This document shows, piece by piece, positions 38,324-50,240 of a stretch of 64,000 nt of DNA. The translations under genes and the position numbers were made by a program. The notes beneath the pieces were generated by a model, which had not been told where the DNA came from, did not search any database, and saw only the letters and a list, made by a program, of their open reading frames with translations. The number at the start of each line of letters is the position of its first letter. The first letter of the stretch is position 1. Source of the DNA: Minutocellus sp. GHC0000111 (taxonomy: Eukaryota). The stretch covers positions 3,534,001-3,598,000 of the forward strand of contig OZ361258.1 of assembly GCA_977018835.1 (NCBI GenBank), in the 5' to 3' direction.

Positions 38324-40009
38324 ATGCCCCGATACGATTATTGCCCCTATCGACGACGCCGCCGGCCTCGAACTTTAGTGTGCTTGTCGCTGCATGCGCT
38401 CCTTGTGAGCAGTGCGATGCGCTCAGCACAGAGCTTTCGCTTTGGAGGCAGCAGCGGTAGGGACCTATTGCGATTGCATGACATCGGCGTCAACGCAATA
38501 CGAGTAAATCGCCAACAGCAGAATGAGCGCCAGAAACAGAATCCGGTGGTCTCGCTGTCAACGGCAGCAGCAACCAAGGGCAACGGTGCTGACGAAACAG
38601 CGTCATCTCAATCTTCTCCAAGGAGGAGCAGAGGAAGTGCCGGTGTCGAAAAGCCGAAGGACCTGCCACGAAGATTCCCGCTTCGAAACATACCACTTTT
38701 TGACGATGGTGTAGAGTCGACGTCGGAGAAAGAGGACGAGATTGATCCTACTACTAGTAACTCGGCTCGAAACTTGGAGGAAGACGAATCCTTCCACTCC
38801 ATCGTCAACTCCATGGTGGAGGACATTCAGCAAATTAATTCGCCTGCTTCTGGCAAAGTGTCTGGTGAAATTGAATTGGACGATCGAGATGATAGCGACA
38901 ATAATGATACTGGCAGTGCGGTTCGGCGCCCCAACGGAAAGCGAGTAACCTTCTTTGCGTCCAAGGAATGTTCACAGACAATGTCCCTCGATGGAGAGTA
39001 CTCTCGTTTGCTCGATGAATACATGACTCTGCCATTGGAGCAGTACAGTGTCAAATCATTTCACGACGGTGGTCCAAATAGCAAGATGGAGGGCCGGAGA
39101 TGGTTCCTTAGGAGGTTGGATGCCGAAGAATCCGCACAATACATGGGCGCATATGAGCCTCGTGACAACCACGAGGACTACATGCGGAATGGAGGCATTT
39201 CCGGCAATGACGACGGACGATTCTTCCGCCTTGCCGTTCCACTGGCGCCTTTGATTGGTGTCGAGCTGACCCCGGTGATCGATCTCGAGGTTATCCCGGC
39301 ATTGAAACAGCCTCTAAGCATGGAGGCAAACGGCGAGGTGGCGGGGAAGGATGCAGCCTTGCAATCCGCACCAGAAAGCCAAATTTCCACGGACGAAAGA
39401 GAAGTGTCGGAGTTGTCTCCGCGGCCAATGCGTCAGCCGCTCCGCACTGTTCGACGTGCCCTTCGACGGGGTCGCCGGAACCAACAAAGGAATGGTGAAA
39501 GCGAAGACGACAGTGGCGATATTGATGACATAGGCGAAGTCGGCTTGGTCCGTGTACAGTCCTTGAGAGTATCGCTTTTGTCAACAGAAGACGAGGTTAA
39601 GGCCCTGATGAAAACCAGGAAGCGAGCCTCAAAGCCAATCGATAAACCTACTCAGGTTAGTCAGAACCCGTCTGTCCAACAGATTGGGAATGAGGCGATC
39701 GGCGTTGTTGGTCGCGTTGAACAGGCTATCGAGCCGCATATTACGTTTGATGCCACCATCACATGGGATCAGCATGCTGAATCTGGTCCTACCGTGACAG
39801 TTAAATCCACTGCCGTAACTTCGCTTACAATTCCCAAGAGAGCAATGGCATTCCGCGTCCCTCTACCCCTCCCATTGGGATTGCTAGTAAGAAGAATTGG
39901 GTCGCTGTTGACAAAGAAGGCTCTGGAGATAACACTCCCACGCTTTCTCCGCCAGCTCGAACGCGATCTAGAGCGATGGGCGAGAGGAGGGGATGGCGAT
40001 GAAAGGTAG
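38324..40009 (+). CDS. DUF1997-like protein, probably plastid-targeted
   Basis: Hydrophobic leader ending SAQS|F; EYMTLPLEQYS, PVIDLEV and LPRFLRQLERDLERWA segments. Confidence 0.65.
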   Translation: MPRYDYCPYRRRRRPRTLVCLSLHALLVSSAMRSAQSFRFGGSSGRDLLRLHDIGVNAIRVNRQQQNERQKQNPVVSLSTAAATKGNGADETASSQSSPRRSRGSAGVEKPKDLPRRFPLRNIPLFDDGVESTSEKEDEIDPTTSNSARNLEEDESFHSIVNSMVEDIQQINSPASGKVSGEIELDDRDDSDNNDTGSAVRRPNGKRVTFFASKECSQTMSLDGEYSRLLDEYMTLPLEQYSVKSFHDGGPNSKMEGRRWFLRRLDAEESAQYMGAYEPRDNHEDYMRNGGISGNDDGRFFRLAVPLAPLIGVELTPVIDLEVIPALKQPLSMEANGEVAGKDAALQSAPESQISTDEREVSELSPRPMRQPLRTVRRALRRGRRNQQRNGESEDDSGDIDDIGEVGLVRVQSLRVSLLSTEDEVKALMKTRKRASKPIDKPTQVSQNPSVQQIGNEAIGVVGRVEQAIEPHITFDATITWDQHAESGPTVTVKSTAVTSLTIPKRAMAFRVPLPLPLGLLVRRIGSLLTKKALEITLPRFLRQLERDLERWARGGDGDER

Positions 40010-40181
40010 CCAAAAACAGGAGAATAGAAAATTGCAAAAACGCTAGAGCTAGCTTGCTAGAGAATATGTGACAGCGCTAAAATACTACAGCTAGAGCCAA
40101 TAAAAACTCACAGATTTCGAGGTAATACCATTTCCCTGGCTAGGACATTCTGCACACAATTCATAGCAAATAGCCACGTCA

Positions 40182-42638
40182 CTACTTCCGACCGAGCGTC
40201 GAGAGGAGCGATCGAGCATCGAAATTTGCATTGGGCACGGTGTGGAGTGCACTCGTAGGGGCCCTTTTCGTTCGACCTCCCCGACGCTTGGTAGGCTCCC
40301 CGGCAACAGTCCCTCCTTTGATGTCGCCATCTGCGTCACTTCCTGTAGTCTTCGTCGCACCATTAGCAACAGCCATACTTGAAGGCGCTCCACCGGCTAA
40401 TTTTGAGCTTGATGCTCCATTGGCCTTGTTTGCCGCTACGGCGCCGGATGGGTTGACAATACCAGCTTCTTCGGATTTGGCCGTTGCCGACCCTATGACT
40501 GCTACGCCTGATGCGGACGCATTCGCTCCATTTCGCTGGGCCGAATCGTCCCCATCCATCTCCTCTTCCTTCTTGACAGCCGCCGAGATTACCTCTCGGC
40601 TTTGCACGTTGCGCAGGTGTGCCCGGACCTGCGCTTCCGAGCGGGTTCCCACCGCCCTGACGATGTCGTCGATGTTGTCACTACCGAACTTGGCCAACGC
40701 CTCCCGGGCCCTTTGTCTTTCGGCCGACGTCCACGCCACCGCCGATGGCTTGGCTTCGGCACCACCGGCGCCCTGAGGCGGCACCGGCGGTACAATCATC
40801 TCGGACGACATTTGCGGGTGCGGATGCTGCTGCTGCTGCGCGTGCGACGCCACCATGGCCGCGGCGATGGCATTCCCATGCGGCGGCGGTGGCATCGGAG
40901 CACCGGGATGGTGCAGCGGCTGTCCTGGCACCGCACCCGACGGCACAGCCCCTGGTGGTGGGACCGCCATCCCCGCCGTAGCCGCGGCGGCGGCAGCGGC
41001 CGCCATGGGCCCCGGCGGGGGCGGGGGCGGCATGTGTCCCGAGTGATAGGGAAAACCCGCCGCCGCTGCCATGTAGGGGTTGGGATGGTACGGGTTGGCT
41101 CCTGCGCCGGGGTAGGTCTGCGGCACCGGCTGGCCGTTGGGCCCCATGACGGGCGGGGGCATGGGGTAGTGATACCGCGGCGCCGCCGTCGAGGGCTTCC
41201 GCCCCCTCCGACTTCCGCCGCTGGGGGGGGACTTCATCCCCGCTGCCCCCGCTGCCGATGAGCCGGCTCTGCCACCGGGGGACAGGAGCCTGCCGGGCGA
41301 TCCCATGCCCGCAGCATTGGCGACCGAAGATGCGGTGGCATCGGTACCACCACCATTGGCCCCACCACCATTGGCCCCGGATGCGCTCATGTTGCTGTTG
41401 GACTCGTGCTGCATCCCCCTTCCGGTCCGCTGGTTGTGCAGCTCCATGGCCGCCCGGGCCAGATGCTCCATCATGTCGGTGTCGAGCTCGACGTCAGTGG
41501 GGATCCGTCCGGTCGCCGCCAGATGCTGCGCGGCCACGGCCGACACGGCCCGGGCGGCGGTGGAATTGTCCTTGTCCTTTCCCTTTTCCTTGTCGTTGGT
41601 ATTGCCGTTGTCGTTGCCATTGGTATTGATATTGATATTGCCGTCGTCTGTGGCAGCAGGCCCGTCGTTGTTGAGGGATCGGGGGGTGGCCCTCCTTCGA
41701 GCAGGCGACGAGCGGGGTTTGTCGTCACCGTCCACTCCACCGTCACCCAAGCCACCTCCCTTTTTCCTACGGGGACTGTGCCTCGTCGTCTTTTGCCTTG
41801 GTGATCGGTTCGCAGCCGGCGATTGCATCGTCCCAGCCTCGTCGTTGCCATTGCTGTCATTATCGGCGGTCAGCTTTCTCCTCTTCTTCCTGGGACTACC
41901 CTTGCTAGCTCCATCATCAATACCGTCATTATCATCGTCGTCGTCATCACCCGGCAAAGCCCACTCGTCCCCACTCTCCGCGTCTTCTTCCTCCATGCCA
42001 CCAACCTCTTCCTCCTCCTCTCCATCGACCTCATCACCCTCACCACCATCCCCGCCCCGCCGCAGCGCCGCCCGGGGGACCCGACCTCCCTTCCTCACGG
42101 CCTCCATGCAGGCCCGATCGAACCGCTTGCCCAACCCGACGAGGCGGGCGTGGAGGAGGAGCTGGTACGTGGCCGCCTGCTTGAGTCGTCCGAACTGCTG
42201 CGCGTCCGCCGCGGCCGCGAGGAGGTCCCGGCATTCGGCCAGGATGGACGTGTACGAGTTGGTCGCCGCGGCGGCGCTGGTGGCGCTCGTGGTTGGGTGT
42301 GATTGAGCGGCCGGAGCTGGGGAAGGAGCTGAGGACGACGGCGCACCGTTGGGACTGCCCGCCGAACCGCTGCTGGTGTCGGCCGTTTGTGTCGCTGCCG
42401 CCGCCGTTGTGCCGGATGCCGACTCTGGCCCTGCCGCCGACGACGAGGAGCCGTCCGCACCGGCAGTAGTACTATTCGGAGCAGCCGCCGGCGAGGCTGG
42501 AGACGAACGTCGACCGGGGGATACCAATCGACGGGGCGACGTTCGGGAGGGGCTGCCGGACGCCGCCGAGCCGCCTCCTCCCCCGGCGCCGCCCGCCGCG
42601 CCGCCGCGGTCCGGGGCCGGCCGCTCCGTCCCCGCCAT
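40182..42638 (-). CDS. Myb/SANT-domain nuclear protein with low-complexity regions
   Basis: WTSAERQRAREALAKFG...VGTRSEAQVRAH; NLS PRKKRRK; Pro/Ala-rich regions. Confidence 0.8.
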   Translation of the reverse strand: MAGTERPAPDRGGAAGGAGGGGGSAASGSPSRTSPRRLVSPGRRSSPASPAAAPNSTTAGADGSSSSAAGPESASGTTAAAATQTADTSSGSAGSPNGAPSSSAPSPAPAAQSHPTTSATSAAAATNSYTSILAECRDLLAAAADAQQFGRLKQAATYQLLLHARLVGLGKRFDRACMEAVRKGGRVPRAALRRGGDGGEGDEVDGEEEEEVGGMEEEDAESGDEWALPGDDDDDDNDGIDDGASKGSPRKKRRKLTADNDSNGNDEAGTMQSPAANRSPRQKTTRHSPRRKKGGGLGDGGVDGDDKPRSSPARRRATPRSLNNDGPAATDDGNININTNGNDNGNTNDKEKGKDKDNSTAARAVSAVAAQHLAATGRIPTDVELDTDMMEHLARAAMELHNQRTGRGMQHESNSNMSASGANGGGANGGGTDATASSVANAAGMGSPGRLLSPGGRAGSSAAGAAGMKSPPSGGSRRGRKPSTAAPRYHYPMPPPVMGPNGQPVPQTYPGAGANPYHPNPYMAAAAGFPYHSGHMPPPPPPGPMAAAAAAAATAGMAVPPPGAVPSGAVPGQPLHHPGAPMPPPPHGNAIAAAMVASHAQQQQHPHPQMSSEMIVPPVPPQGAGGAEAKPSAVAWTSAERQRAREALAKFGSDNIDDIVRAVGTRSEAQVRAHLRNVQSREVISAAVKKEEEMDGDDSAQRNGANASASGVAVIGSATAKSEEAGIVNPSGAVAANKANGASSSKLAGGAPSSMAVANGATKTTGSDADGDIKGGTVAGEPTKRRGGRTKRAPTSALHTVPNANFDARSLLSTLGRK

Positions 42639-43109
42639 TTTGGTATTGGACGCCTGTGACGCACCGCAATGCACGAAAAAGATACCGCGCGGCAATATAT
42701 ATAGCAATGAGAATGCGCCAATTGGACCCTGCTAGCTAGAGGCTAGTCTGGGCACGGGAAGGCCGATTTAGGGAGGAGAGTCTCAAGGGTGAGTCGAGTT
42801 CCTATCGATTGGGCCCCGACACCGAACAGATGATGTGTTCGACCCTGGCATGTGACTGTTGGGCTCGGACGGTTCTGGTGAGATCGGGCGCGAGCCTGCC
42901 CCGCCATGCCACTTTCTTTTCGATGGCGGTTTGCGGGAAATGCGGCCGCGACCAAAAGATACGCAGGCAAAAATGGCGTCAACTCCATACCTAGAGCACA
43001 CATGTAAGAACAACTCCCCGAATCTACAATTAGAACATGTAGCGAGGGCTGTTTTACATTTATTTTCGAGTCGATGGTGCGGCTGTGTGCCCAAAGCCGA
43101 CCCCTCGTC

Positions 43110-44282
43110 TCAATGCAAACACAAAAGTAGTGCGTAAAGAATGCCTCCCATTGCAATAGGTTTCACCAAAAATGCCGGTGATGTGCCTCCTCCTCCAGGC
43201 AATGTGGTTGGTTCAGGTGATTTGCTCTCATCATCATCAGGCAGACCAAACACGCTGATCGCATTACCTCTCAAAGTAGAGCAAATGGCTTCTTCCGTAA
43301 ATCCAGCATCAACCATTGCAGGAATGGTTAATTCCAAATATGGCAACATCTCACCAGGGAAATGATTCACATCACTGCCATAAATAACCCGGTCCATCAG
43401 CCCACCATTGACGATTTTTTGCATTGTTTCACTGGCTCTTGGCTGTTTCAGAAAGGCCGAAAATTCCAGATACACATTCGGATATGCGCTAGCAACTTGG
43501 ATGGAATAATCCACCATCTTGTTGTCATAGTAGTACTCGCTGTCTTCTTCCAAAAAGTCGTGGCCGGCGTGCAAAAGGACAAAGATCGTATCGCTGTGCT
43601 GGGCAATCAATATCTCCAAATAACGCGGATCGACGTATTCGCGTCCACAGCAACCAATCATGCCTTTCGTAATTAGACCAAAAGGCCCACAGAACGGAGT
43701 GGTTCCAACATGAATGTACAGAAGCTTCCGCGATGATTTTGAGACAGTCTCAACAATATCCCGCATGGTTTGACTGCCCAGCTCGAGGCAGGTATGGGGC
43801 GGTGCGACCTTGGCACCCACCACTCCTGGCTTTTCGAGGAAAGTAGCCAACCGATCCAGCTCGTTGTTGCGTATCTCCTCGGTCCAGTTCTGTGCGGTAG
43901 TATTGAGCGATACCAGACCATAGATACGCCCACCACTCTCCTCGGCAAATTGCTGCACACTCGTGTTGGGATCGTCGCTGAATGGGCTGGGCTTTGCGCC
44001 ATAAACTGCCATGAGGACACCACGCGATACGGAGCCCCGGTCCATTTCGGAGATGAGTGCATCGGCGGTTGAAAAGAAGAGGGATTCGTGCAAATGCGCA
44101 TCGATCACCTCGCCGCAAGATTCGATGGTGCTGAGGACTGCATCGCTGGGCGGTTCGGGTTCGGTTGCGGGCGGTGGCATGAAGTCGTTCATGTCGCCGC
44201 CAAAGAATGGATCTCCTCCATTCTCCTGACCCTGGCAGAGATATGATGTGAATAAGGCAAATGATGTGAATATGCGAAACAT
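43110..44282 (-). CDS. Amidohydrolase_2 family metal-dependent hydrolase, secreted, with a hydrophobic C-terminal (GPI/TM-like) tail
   Basis: IDAHLH, IHVG, LLHAG, NVYLEFS and VIYGSD motifs; N-terminal signal peptide. Confidence 0.85.
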   Translation of the reverse strand: MFRIFTSFALFTSYLCQGQENGGDPFFGGDMNDFMPPPATEPEPPSDAVLSTIESCGEVIDAHLHESLFFSTADALISEMDRGSVSRGVLMAVYGAKPSPFSDDPNTSVQQFAEESGGRIYGLVSLNTTAQNWTEEIRNNELDRLATFLEKPGVVGAKVAPPHTCLELGSQTMRDIVETVSKSSRKLLYIHVGTTPFCGPFGLITKGMIGCCGREYVDPRYLEILIAQHSDTIFVLLHAGHDFLEEDSEYYYDNKMVDYSIQVASAYPNVYLEFSAFLKQPRASETMQKIVNGGLMDRVIYGSDVNHFPGEMLPYLELTIPAMVDAGFTEEAICSTLRGNAISVFGLPDDDESKSPEPTTLPGGGGTSPAFLVKPIAMGGILYALLLCLH

Positions 44283-44626
44283 GGCACAGCGACAATTATC
44301 TTTGCTGATCTTTTATGCTTGGACCTTCCTTCTTGTACCAAGACTGTGCTGACTCCTCATGTCAGCAGTTCGCTTCGGCCCCGCGGCACTTGCGACTTGG
44401 CCCTGCCTTGCGCGCGCGACGGCAAAGAGCTTTTCCCTCTTTGGCTGTGGCGCGATCAGCAAGGCCGCGGCGGCCGGAAAGGGAGCGGAGAAGTGCGTCA
44501 GTCGATCGACGCCCAACTAATATTCAGAAGCTAGCCACCCATGCTTGATGGAGACCAATGAGCTCAGGCATAATGCAACCACGGAAAGTAGATCAATAAT
44601 ACACATTAGGTTGCTACCTTTTAAAC

Positions 44627-45520
44627 ATGTATAACCAACAGCTCCGCAAAATCTCTTGCCTGCTTGCCCTTGTTTTCGCGGTGGAGCATTCTGGCTCATT
44701 CTTCGCTTCGGCACTCTCTACTTTGACCCCGAACCAGCATCAACTGAATCCGATATTATTGGGGCGAACCTTTGTCTCCACCGGAAATAATTACGACCAT
44801 GCGCTCAGATCATCAGGTGCAAGCCACTTATCACGGAAGCAGTCAGCAAAAAGCAACCGAGCAAGGACCATACAACTCTCGGCATCGCCGTCCGGAATTG
44901 ACACGCTGCCGCAAATAGCACAGGCCGGAGTCTTCTTTGGGGTGTATTTATCCCTGGCCCTTGCAACGGCACCGGCGACGAAAGTGCTCGAAGTGGTATC
45001 CAAGTCAGTGATTGGCCTCGAAAAGTGGCGCGAAAATGTGATTGACACAACTCTGCCATTATTGATGGGTCTACTCTACTTGACGGCTGGCATCGGTCAT
45101 TTTACCAACTCTCATGCCTTTCAAGATATCTATCCACCAACTGGGACGTGGGGGATATGGTACCTGCCTGGATCGGCGGAATTCCATGTAGCATGGACCG
45201 GTGTGGTGGAAATACTGGGCGGATCTGGGCTGATGCTCAGTGCAGCACGAAGCATATTGGCAAGTGAAGAAGATGACGATGAGAGCTTGGCAATCAATCT
45301 CATCAAACCAATCTCGGCCTTGACATTATTTGTGCTCACAGTTCTGGTGACACCTGCAAACACCTATATGTACACGCACGGTGCAACGATGGGGGACATG
45401 CCTCCGCTTGATTTATCGTTCCACTACGTGAGATTTGCTGTCCAAGTTGCGTTCCTTAGTCTATTGATTACATTGGCAAGGGACTCCTTCTTCTTTGCGT
45501 GGGGAGATGAGTTGGATTAG
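44627..45520 (+). CDS. DoxX-like integral membrane protein, probably plastid
   Basis: AGIGHF...IYPP.GTWG.WYLPGS..FHVAWTGVVE...PAN.YM; several TM helices; bipartite-like leader. Confidence 0.7.
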   Translation: MYNQQLRKISCLLALVFAVEHSGSFFASALSTLTPNQHQLNPILLGRTFVSTGNNYDHALRSSGASHLSRKQSAKSNRARTIQLSASPSGIDTLPQIAQAGVFFGVYLSLALATAPATKVLEVVSKSVIGLEKWRENVIDTTLPLLMGLLYLTAGIGHFTNSHAFQDIYPPTGTWGIWYLPGSAEFHVAWTGVVEILGGSGLMLSAARSILASEEDDDESLAINLIKPISALTLFVLTVLVTPANTYMYTHGATMGDMPPLDLSFHYVRFAVQVAFLSLLITLARDSFFFAWGDELD

Positions 45521-45595
45521 TTTCAGGTAAAATTTTGCTTTGAAACGATTTACGGTTGTAAGATCTTTAGGCTGTAGAGCGCAAGTGAGCTGAGG

Positions 45596-46230
45596 CTACT
45601 CGCTAAACTTTTGTTTACACGGTTCGCACTCATCACTGTCGCTTGTATCATAATGTTGATTGATCAGATCTTCCACCCGCGATCCTCTCGTGACATCCGT
45701 TCGAATACTGGCAAAGACCTTGTATCCCCAGTCCGCAATTGCACGCAACCATGGAGTGTTTGTCCACTGCCATAACCAGCCGAATTCCACCATCGAGTAA
45801 GCTTCTTTTAATACGTCGATCCCCTTGATTGTCGAACCATCCGGCCGCACGGCTCGAAACGATTGCAACCCATCCTCAAACGTGATCCCAACGTTGGCCG
45901 GATCCGACTCATCGTACCCATCGTCGGACTCCAGGTCCGTAAATCGTATGAGTTTGGGTTCTTTCTCGGCACCGGGCATCTTCGACATGAGATAGGTAAG
46001 ATTATCGACGTCCCATTGACACACAGAACACTTTGAGTCATAAATGATATCCAAGCGCTCTGGAAATAATTCAGTCTCCGAAGATGATGAGGACAAAAGT
46101 AAAGTAGATGATGAAGGTATTTGCTTCTGGAATGTCACATCTTTTCTGGTGTCGAATCTTTGTAGCCGCCTACATAATGACAACGAAGACCCTTGGAGTG
46201 TCCAAAAACCATCTACCGCCGAAATATAAA
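45596..46230 (-). CDS. DCC-family (DUF393) thiol-disulfide oxidoreductase-like protein; 5' end disrupted or uncertain
   Basis: IIYDSKCSVC (DxxCxxC) and WGYKVFASIR; an in-frame stop just upstream of ISAVDGF leaves no clean ATG. Confidence 0.75.
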
Positions 46231-46523
46231 TTCAAAGGCAGCACATCCCTACATCCAAGGGGGGGCGTGAAATCCTCCGAGCTCTCCTCATCTTAGCTAC
46301 AATCCGTTCCTTGCTTGCGTGATTACGAGTTCGTACTTCGCCTTCGTTCTGCCTTCGTGGCCATCATCGCATCAAGAGGCCGGCGCGAGCTGATCATCGG
46401 GATATAGTACCCCTATGCGGCTTTCGGTCTCTTATTCTCCTCAAAAAATCTTTGTGACAACGGCCTTCTGCTCACACTTCCTGAGCAGATTTCTTTGCCT
46501 CGATTCTTTGCTGACTTCGTAGT

Positions 46524-47132
46524 TTGGAGCACAGCACCCTTGTTCATAATCAAGAAATAAATCAACAAATTTGCCGAACTACTGGACGAAGACGCTCTTC
46601 GATCGTTCTGAAGCGTGACAGTCTCGGAACGAAGCCTGTCGAATCGGCGAAGTGCAATTGTAACCCGCCGAAACGATCAACTACCTTCGACGATGTGGAG
46701 GTGGAGGTAGTATCAGAGGAGGACGCCCCGTGTTATCGTCGAGTGAACAATGCCGCCATGCGATTCAAGATGTTCCTGGAGTATGCTGGAGAGAACGATC
46801 AGATACTGGCCTACGAGCGATTCGAACGAATCTTTCATCGAGACTGTGTATTCATCATGGGAAATGGTCACGAGAAGGCTCTCCCATTCTTTAAACTTTG
46901 CATCGGTGGACTCATCTCGCTTGGATGTCGCACGCCAAAAGTGGAGATATGTCTGATTGATGAGAATCGATTCCGTGCCCGCTTCAAGGTATATCTGGCC
47001 AATAGGAATGTGGTAACTCCCGATCGCGTCATGACAGTAAATAAAGACGGCAAGGTCATCCGCAACGAACCCTTCACCGAAGATGCCAAGTGTCCCTTTG
47101 TCAAGTGCCTCAAGATTATGGCCAAATCCTAG
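46524..47132 (+). CDS. Hypothetical protein, possibly NTF2/SnoaL-like
   Basis: Open frame of 202 codons; FERIFHRDCVF...VNKDGKVIR pattern; start uncertain (ATG at 46758 possible). Confidence 0.45.
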   Translation: MEHSTLVHNQEINQQICRTTGRRRSSIVLKRDSLGTKPVESAKCNCNPPKRSTTFDDVEVEVVSEEDAPCYRRVNNAAMRFKMFLEYAGENDQILAYERFERIFHRDCVFIMGNGHEKALPFFKLCIGGLISLGCRTPKVEICLIDENRFRARFKVYLANRNVVTPDRVMTVNKDGKVIRNEPFTEDAKCPFVKCLKIMAKS

Positions 47133-47233
47133 CATTCGTGCATTCGACAAGTAAATACATAAGCTAATAGAGTAGATATTATCAACCTACGTGTGCCTTC
47201 ATCGGGCGTTCATGCATGACCGAAGCTTTCGTT

Positions 47234-47915
47234 TTAGGTCATGAACTCGCCGTACGCCTTCTTGGAAACGGACTGGTTGATGCCCTCCGATTCCTTGAAC
47301 TTGGTCCACAGATCAAAGTGAGGCTGGGCCTTGTGATGGGCGACGGCATCGGCATCGTCCTGTTGCGTTTGATGGGCATGGAGAAGAGGGCGTGGTGAGG
47401 ATGTGCTGATAAAAATAAAGATTCGATTCAAGTCATATAATGAACCTCTGCATCGCATACTCACGTAAACCTCGTAGAAGAAGAACTTGTTTGGGTCATC
47501 CTGCGATCGGAGGACATCTGTGTATATTTGCAATGGGCGAGGAAAGCACAATGTCAGTACTAGTATGTAGTTGTGAGATATATGAATCATTATTTCGCGA
47601 TATGTTGCCAGCCTACATGCATACTTCATAGCATGCTTCATAATTTCACTCACCGAAGCGCTGACATCCGGGCTCCTCGCGGCTTCCCTCGGCATTCTTC
47701 TGGATCAGCTCGAGGAACTCGTCCATGCGTTCCGGCTTGATGTCGGCCTCGACGATGATGCTGATGGGCTTCCCGGCGGACATGGCGGTGTTGCTCGAAG
47801 AGAAGGCGCGGGATGCGTACGTTGTGCTGGAAGCAGCGGTGCGGGGCAAAAAGGCACTGGCCGAGCGGGTTGCGGCGGCAAAGACGGTGGGAACGAGGAG
47901 GGAGCGGGCGAGCAT
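47234..47915 (-). CDS. Antibiotic biosynthesis monooxygenase (ABM/LsrG-like) protein; introns 47518-47653 and 47360-47464
   Basis: Spliced SREEPGCQRFDVLRSQDDPNKFFFYEVYDDADAVAHHKAQPHF; leader with ASAFLP. Confidence 0.88.
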
Positions 47916-48327
47916 GTCTCTCACGCACCAAACAACTTGGGATAGAGCGATGGATTTGTGCCGGCTTGCGCTTTGGTGAGGTGGCGAGTTGACGATCTTT
48001 CTAAATCCGTTGGTAGTGCACTAGTGAAAACGCGCGGTAAAGCAGCAATCGGCGCGGTTTGTCAGGCCGAGCCGAGCAAACCCACGAAGCAGTTACAAGT
48101 TCGACAAAGAAGCGAAGTGCAGCGCAGCCTCCTTGAAAGACCAATTAGATACTGCGAATATCTTGCACCCTTGTCCCATTTTGCCGACAGCTACGTGTCC
48201 TTGTGCTCACTAACACATCTCGTGCCGACTTTTCGTCGAGTTGAACAAACGCACGCACTGTGACGCCGAAATTCTCAATCTTTCTGAGGAAGTTTGACCA
48301 AGCAAAGGCAATACGAATAGTCCAGCC

Positions 48328-50240
48328 ATGGCCGCCCTCAATCGTCCTACCAACGCCACCTACACCATCCATGAGTCCGTTACTGTTGATACGACAGGTA
48401 AGTGCTCTGATTGTGGTTGCGTATCTTGATCAGCCTTTGAGAATTGCCGACCGTGGAATGTATGCATGTAGCGACTGTAGCGAAAGAAACGAATCTCACG
48501 AAGCCGCCGAACATGTCACCTATTCACCACCTACTTACTACACTACCAGACCGAGAGGATCACACCTTCTGTGGTATCATGTTCCCCATCAAGGCCAAGA
48601 GATCACTTCCGATTCATCAGATTGTGATCAATTCGCTCTCCGTCCGAGGTCGCCTTGGTCCCATTACCGTTTGGGTCACAAAAGATGAGGAGGCCAACCG
48701 TGACGAAGAGCGGAAGCGTCTGGCCATTGAAGAGGCGGCCGCCGCATCTTCCTCGGCCGCTGCTGCAGCTGGCGCTTCAGCTGACCCAACCTCCTCGCCC
48801 GTCGCCAAGAAATCGAAATACAACCTCCGTGCACGATTCTCCCGCAAATCTTCCAAATCCTCCAAATCTTCCACCGACCAACGCGCCGTCCGACCGATCG
48901 AGGGTCAAATCTCCATGCGGAAGCGGGATTGGATCAAGATTTACGACAAGGAGCACGGCCCGTCGTTCCGCACGTACACGCAGCTGGATCTGTCGGCCAA
49001 TCCCATCATTCTGAGGCCCGGTGAGGTCAGAGGTGTGTACATCCATTCCACGTTGGAGGGTGACGAGGCCATTGTGTACGACAACAAGCATCAGAGGTTG
49101 ACGCACGACGATCCCTTTATTCAGATACTGACCGGACGGGCGCATGTTAGTGAGAAACCATTTGGCAAGATGGTGAGTGCCAATGGAATGGGTTGTTTTA
49201 TATTTATGTGTTTTGCCGGATGGGTAATAGGTTAGGGGGTGGCGGTTGTTTTTTTTGGCTTGTGTTACCAAAAGTGAGCATCTCACATATCATCACTGCA
49301 CTCATCAACTCTGATACAGCCCATATGGGGCTGGGGCAACGCATGGAGAGATGCCCGAGAGTTTGTCGGCCAGGTGTCCTACGGTGCCGTCTACCGCCTT
49401 TGGAATCCCAGCGAACACTTCAGCTTCGGCTCGAGATTCCAACGTCTCGCTCTCACCCTGTTCGGATGTCAGCGTCGGCTGGAAAGTCCCATGGCCCGTC
49501 TCAGCGATGACATAATCTTCTACATCCTCAATATGCTCAAGTGGGACTGGGCCAAGGACGACGTTGGGGAGTTGGCCAGTGAACAGAAGAAATTGCGCAA
49601 GCTTCGTCGTCGCAAAGAGGCTCTTCTTGCCGCCACCGCCGCTGCCAGCGTGTCCTCGGAGGTTCCTGTAAACGCCAGGGATGATGGTGATGGTGAGGGA
49701 TACTGTTCTGGAGCTGTCCCAACGATTGACGAAGAGGAGGATGATCGCAAACCCGCTGCCTTTGTCAGTCCTGACGTAGGTAGCACCAGCCCACGCCGGG
49801 GAATACCTTCTGACGATGAAATGCGCATCGACTCTTCTGGCGATGACGAGGCTTTTTACGAGGATGAGTATCATGAGGATGAAGAAGATGATGAGGATGG
49901 TTCCGACGATGATAGCGATGAGTACGACAGTGACGACTATGATGACTACCGAGGTATTGACCCGTCGGTGTTCCACTACCGCGACTATGAAGAGGAAGAC
50001 TCTGACGACGAGGCTGCAATCCAAGAAGAGCAGCGCCTTCGAGATGCCGAAGCAAGACGAAGGTCATGGATGAGGAGCCAGTTCGCCAGGATTCATGTGC
50101 TCAATGCCCTCGCCTCCATGAATGATGGTGGAGCTGGGGGGCATGTCGATATGGAGGTAGACAGTGACGGTGCAACCGGAGGTGGTGGCGGTGGCCAATA
50201 TGAAGAGGATGAAGACGATTCTGACTATATCGATGGATAA
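48328..50240 (+). CDS. Hypothetical protein with an acidic C-terminus; introns 48398-48549 and 49173-49319
   Basis: GT-AG splicing gives a continuous frame VDTT-DREDHTFCGIMF...GKM-PIWGWGNAWRDAREFVG. Confidence 0.78.
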
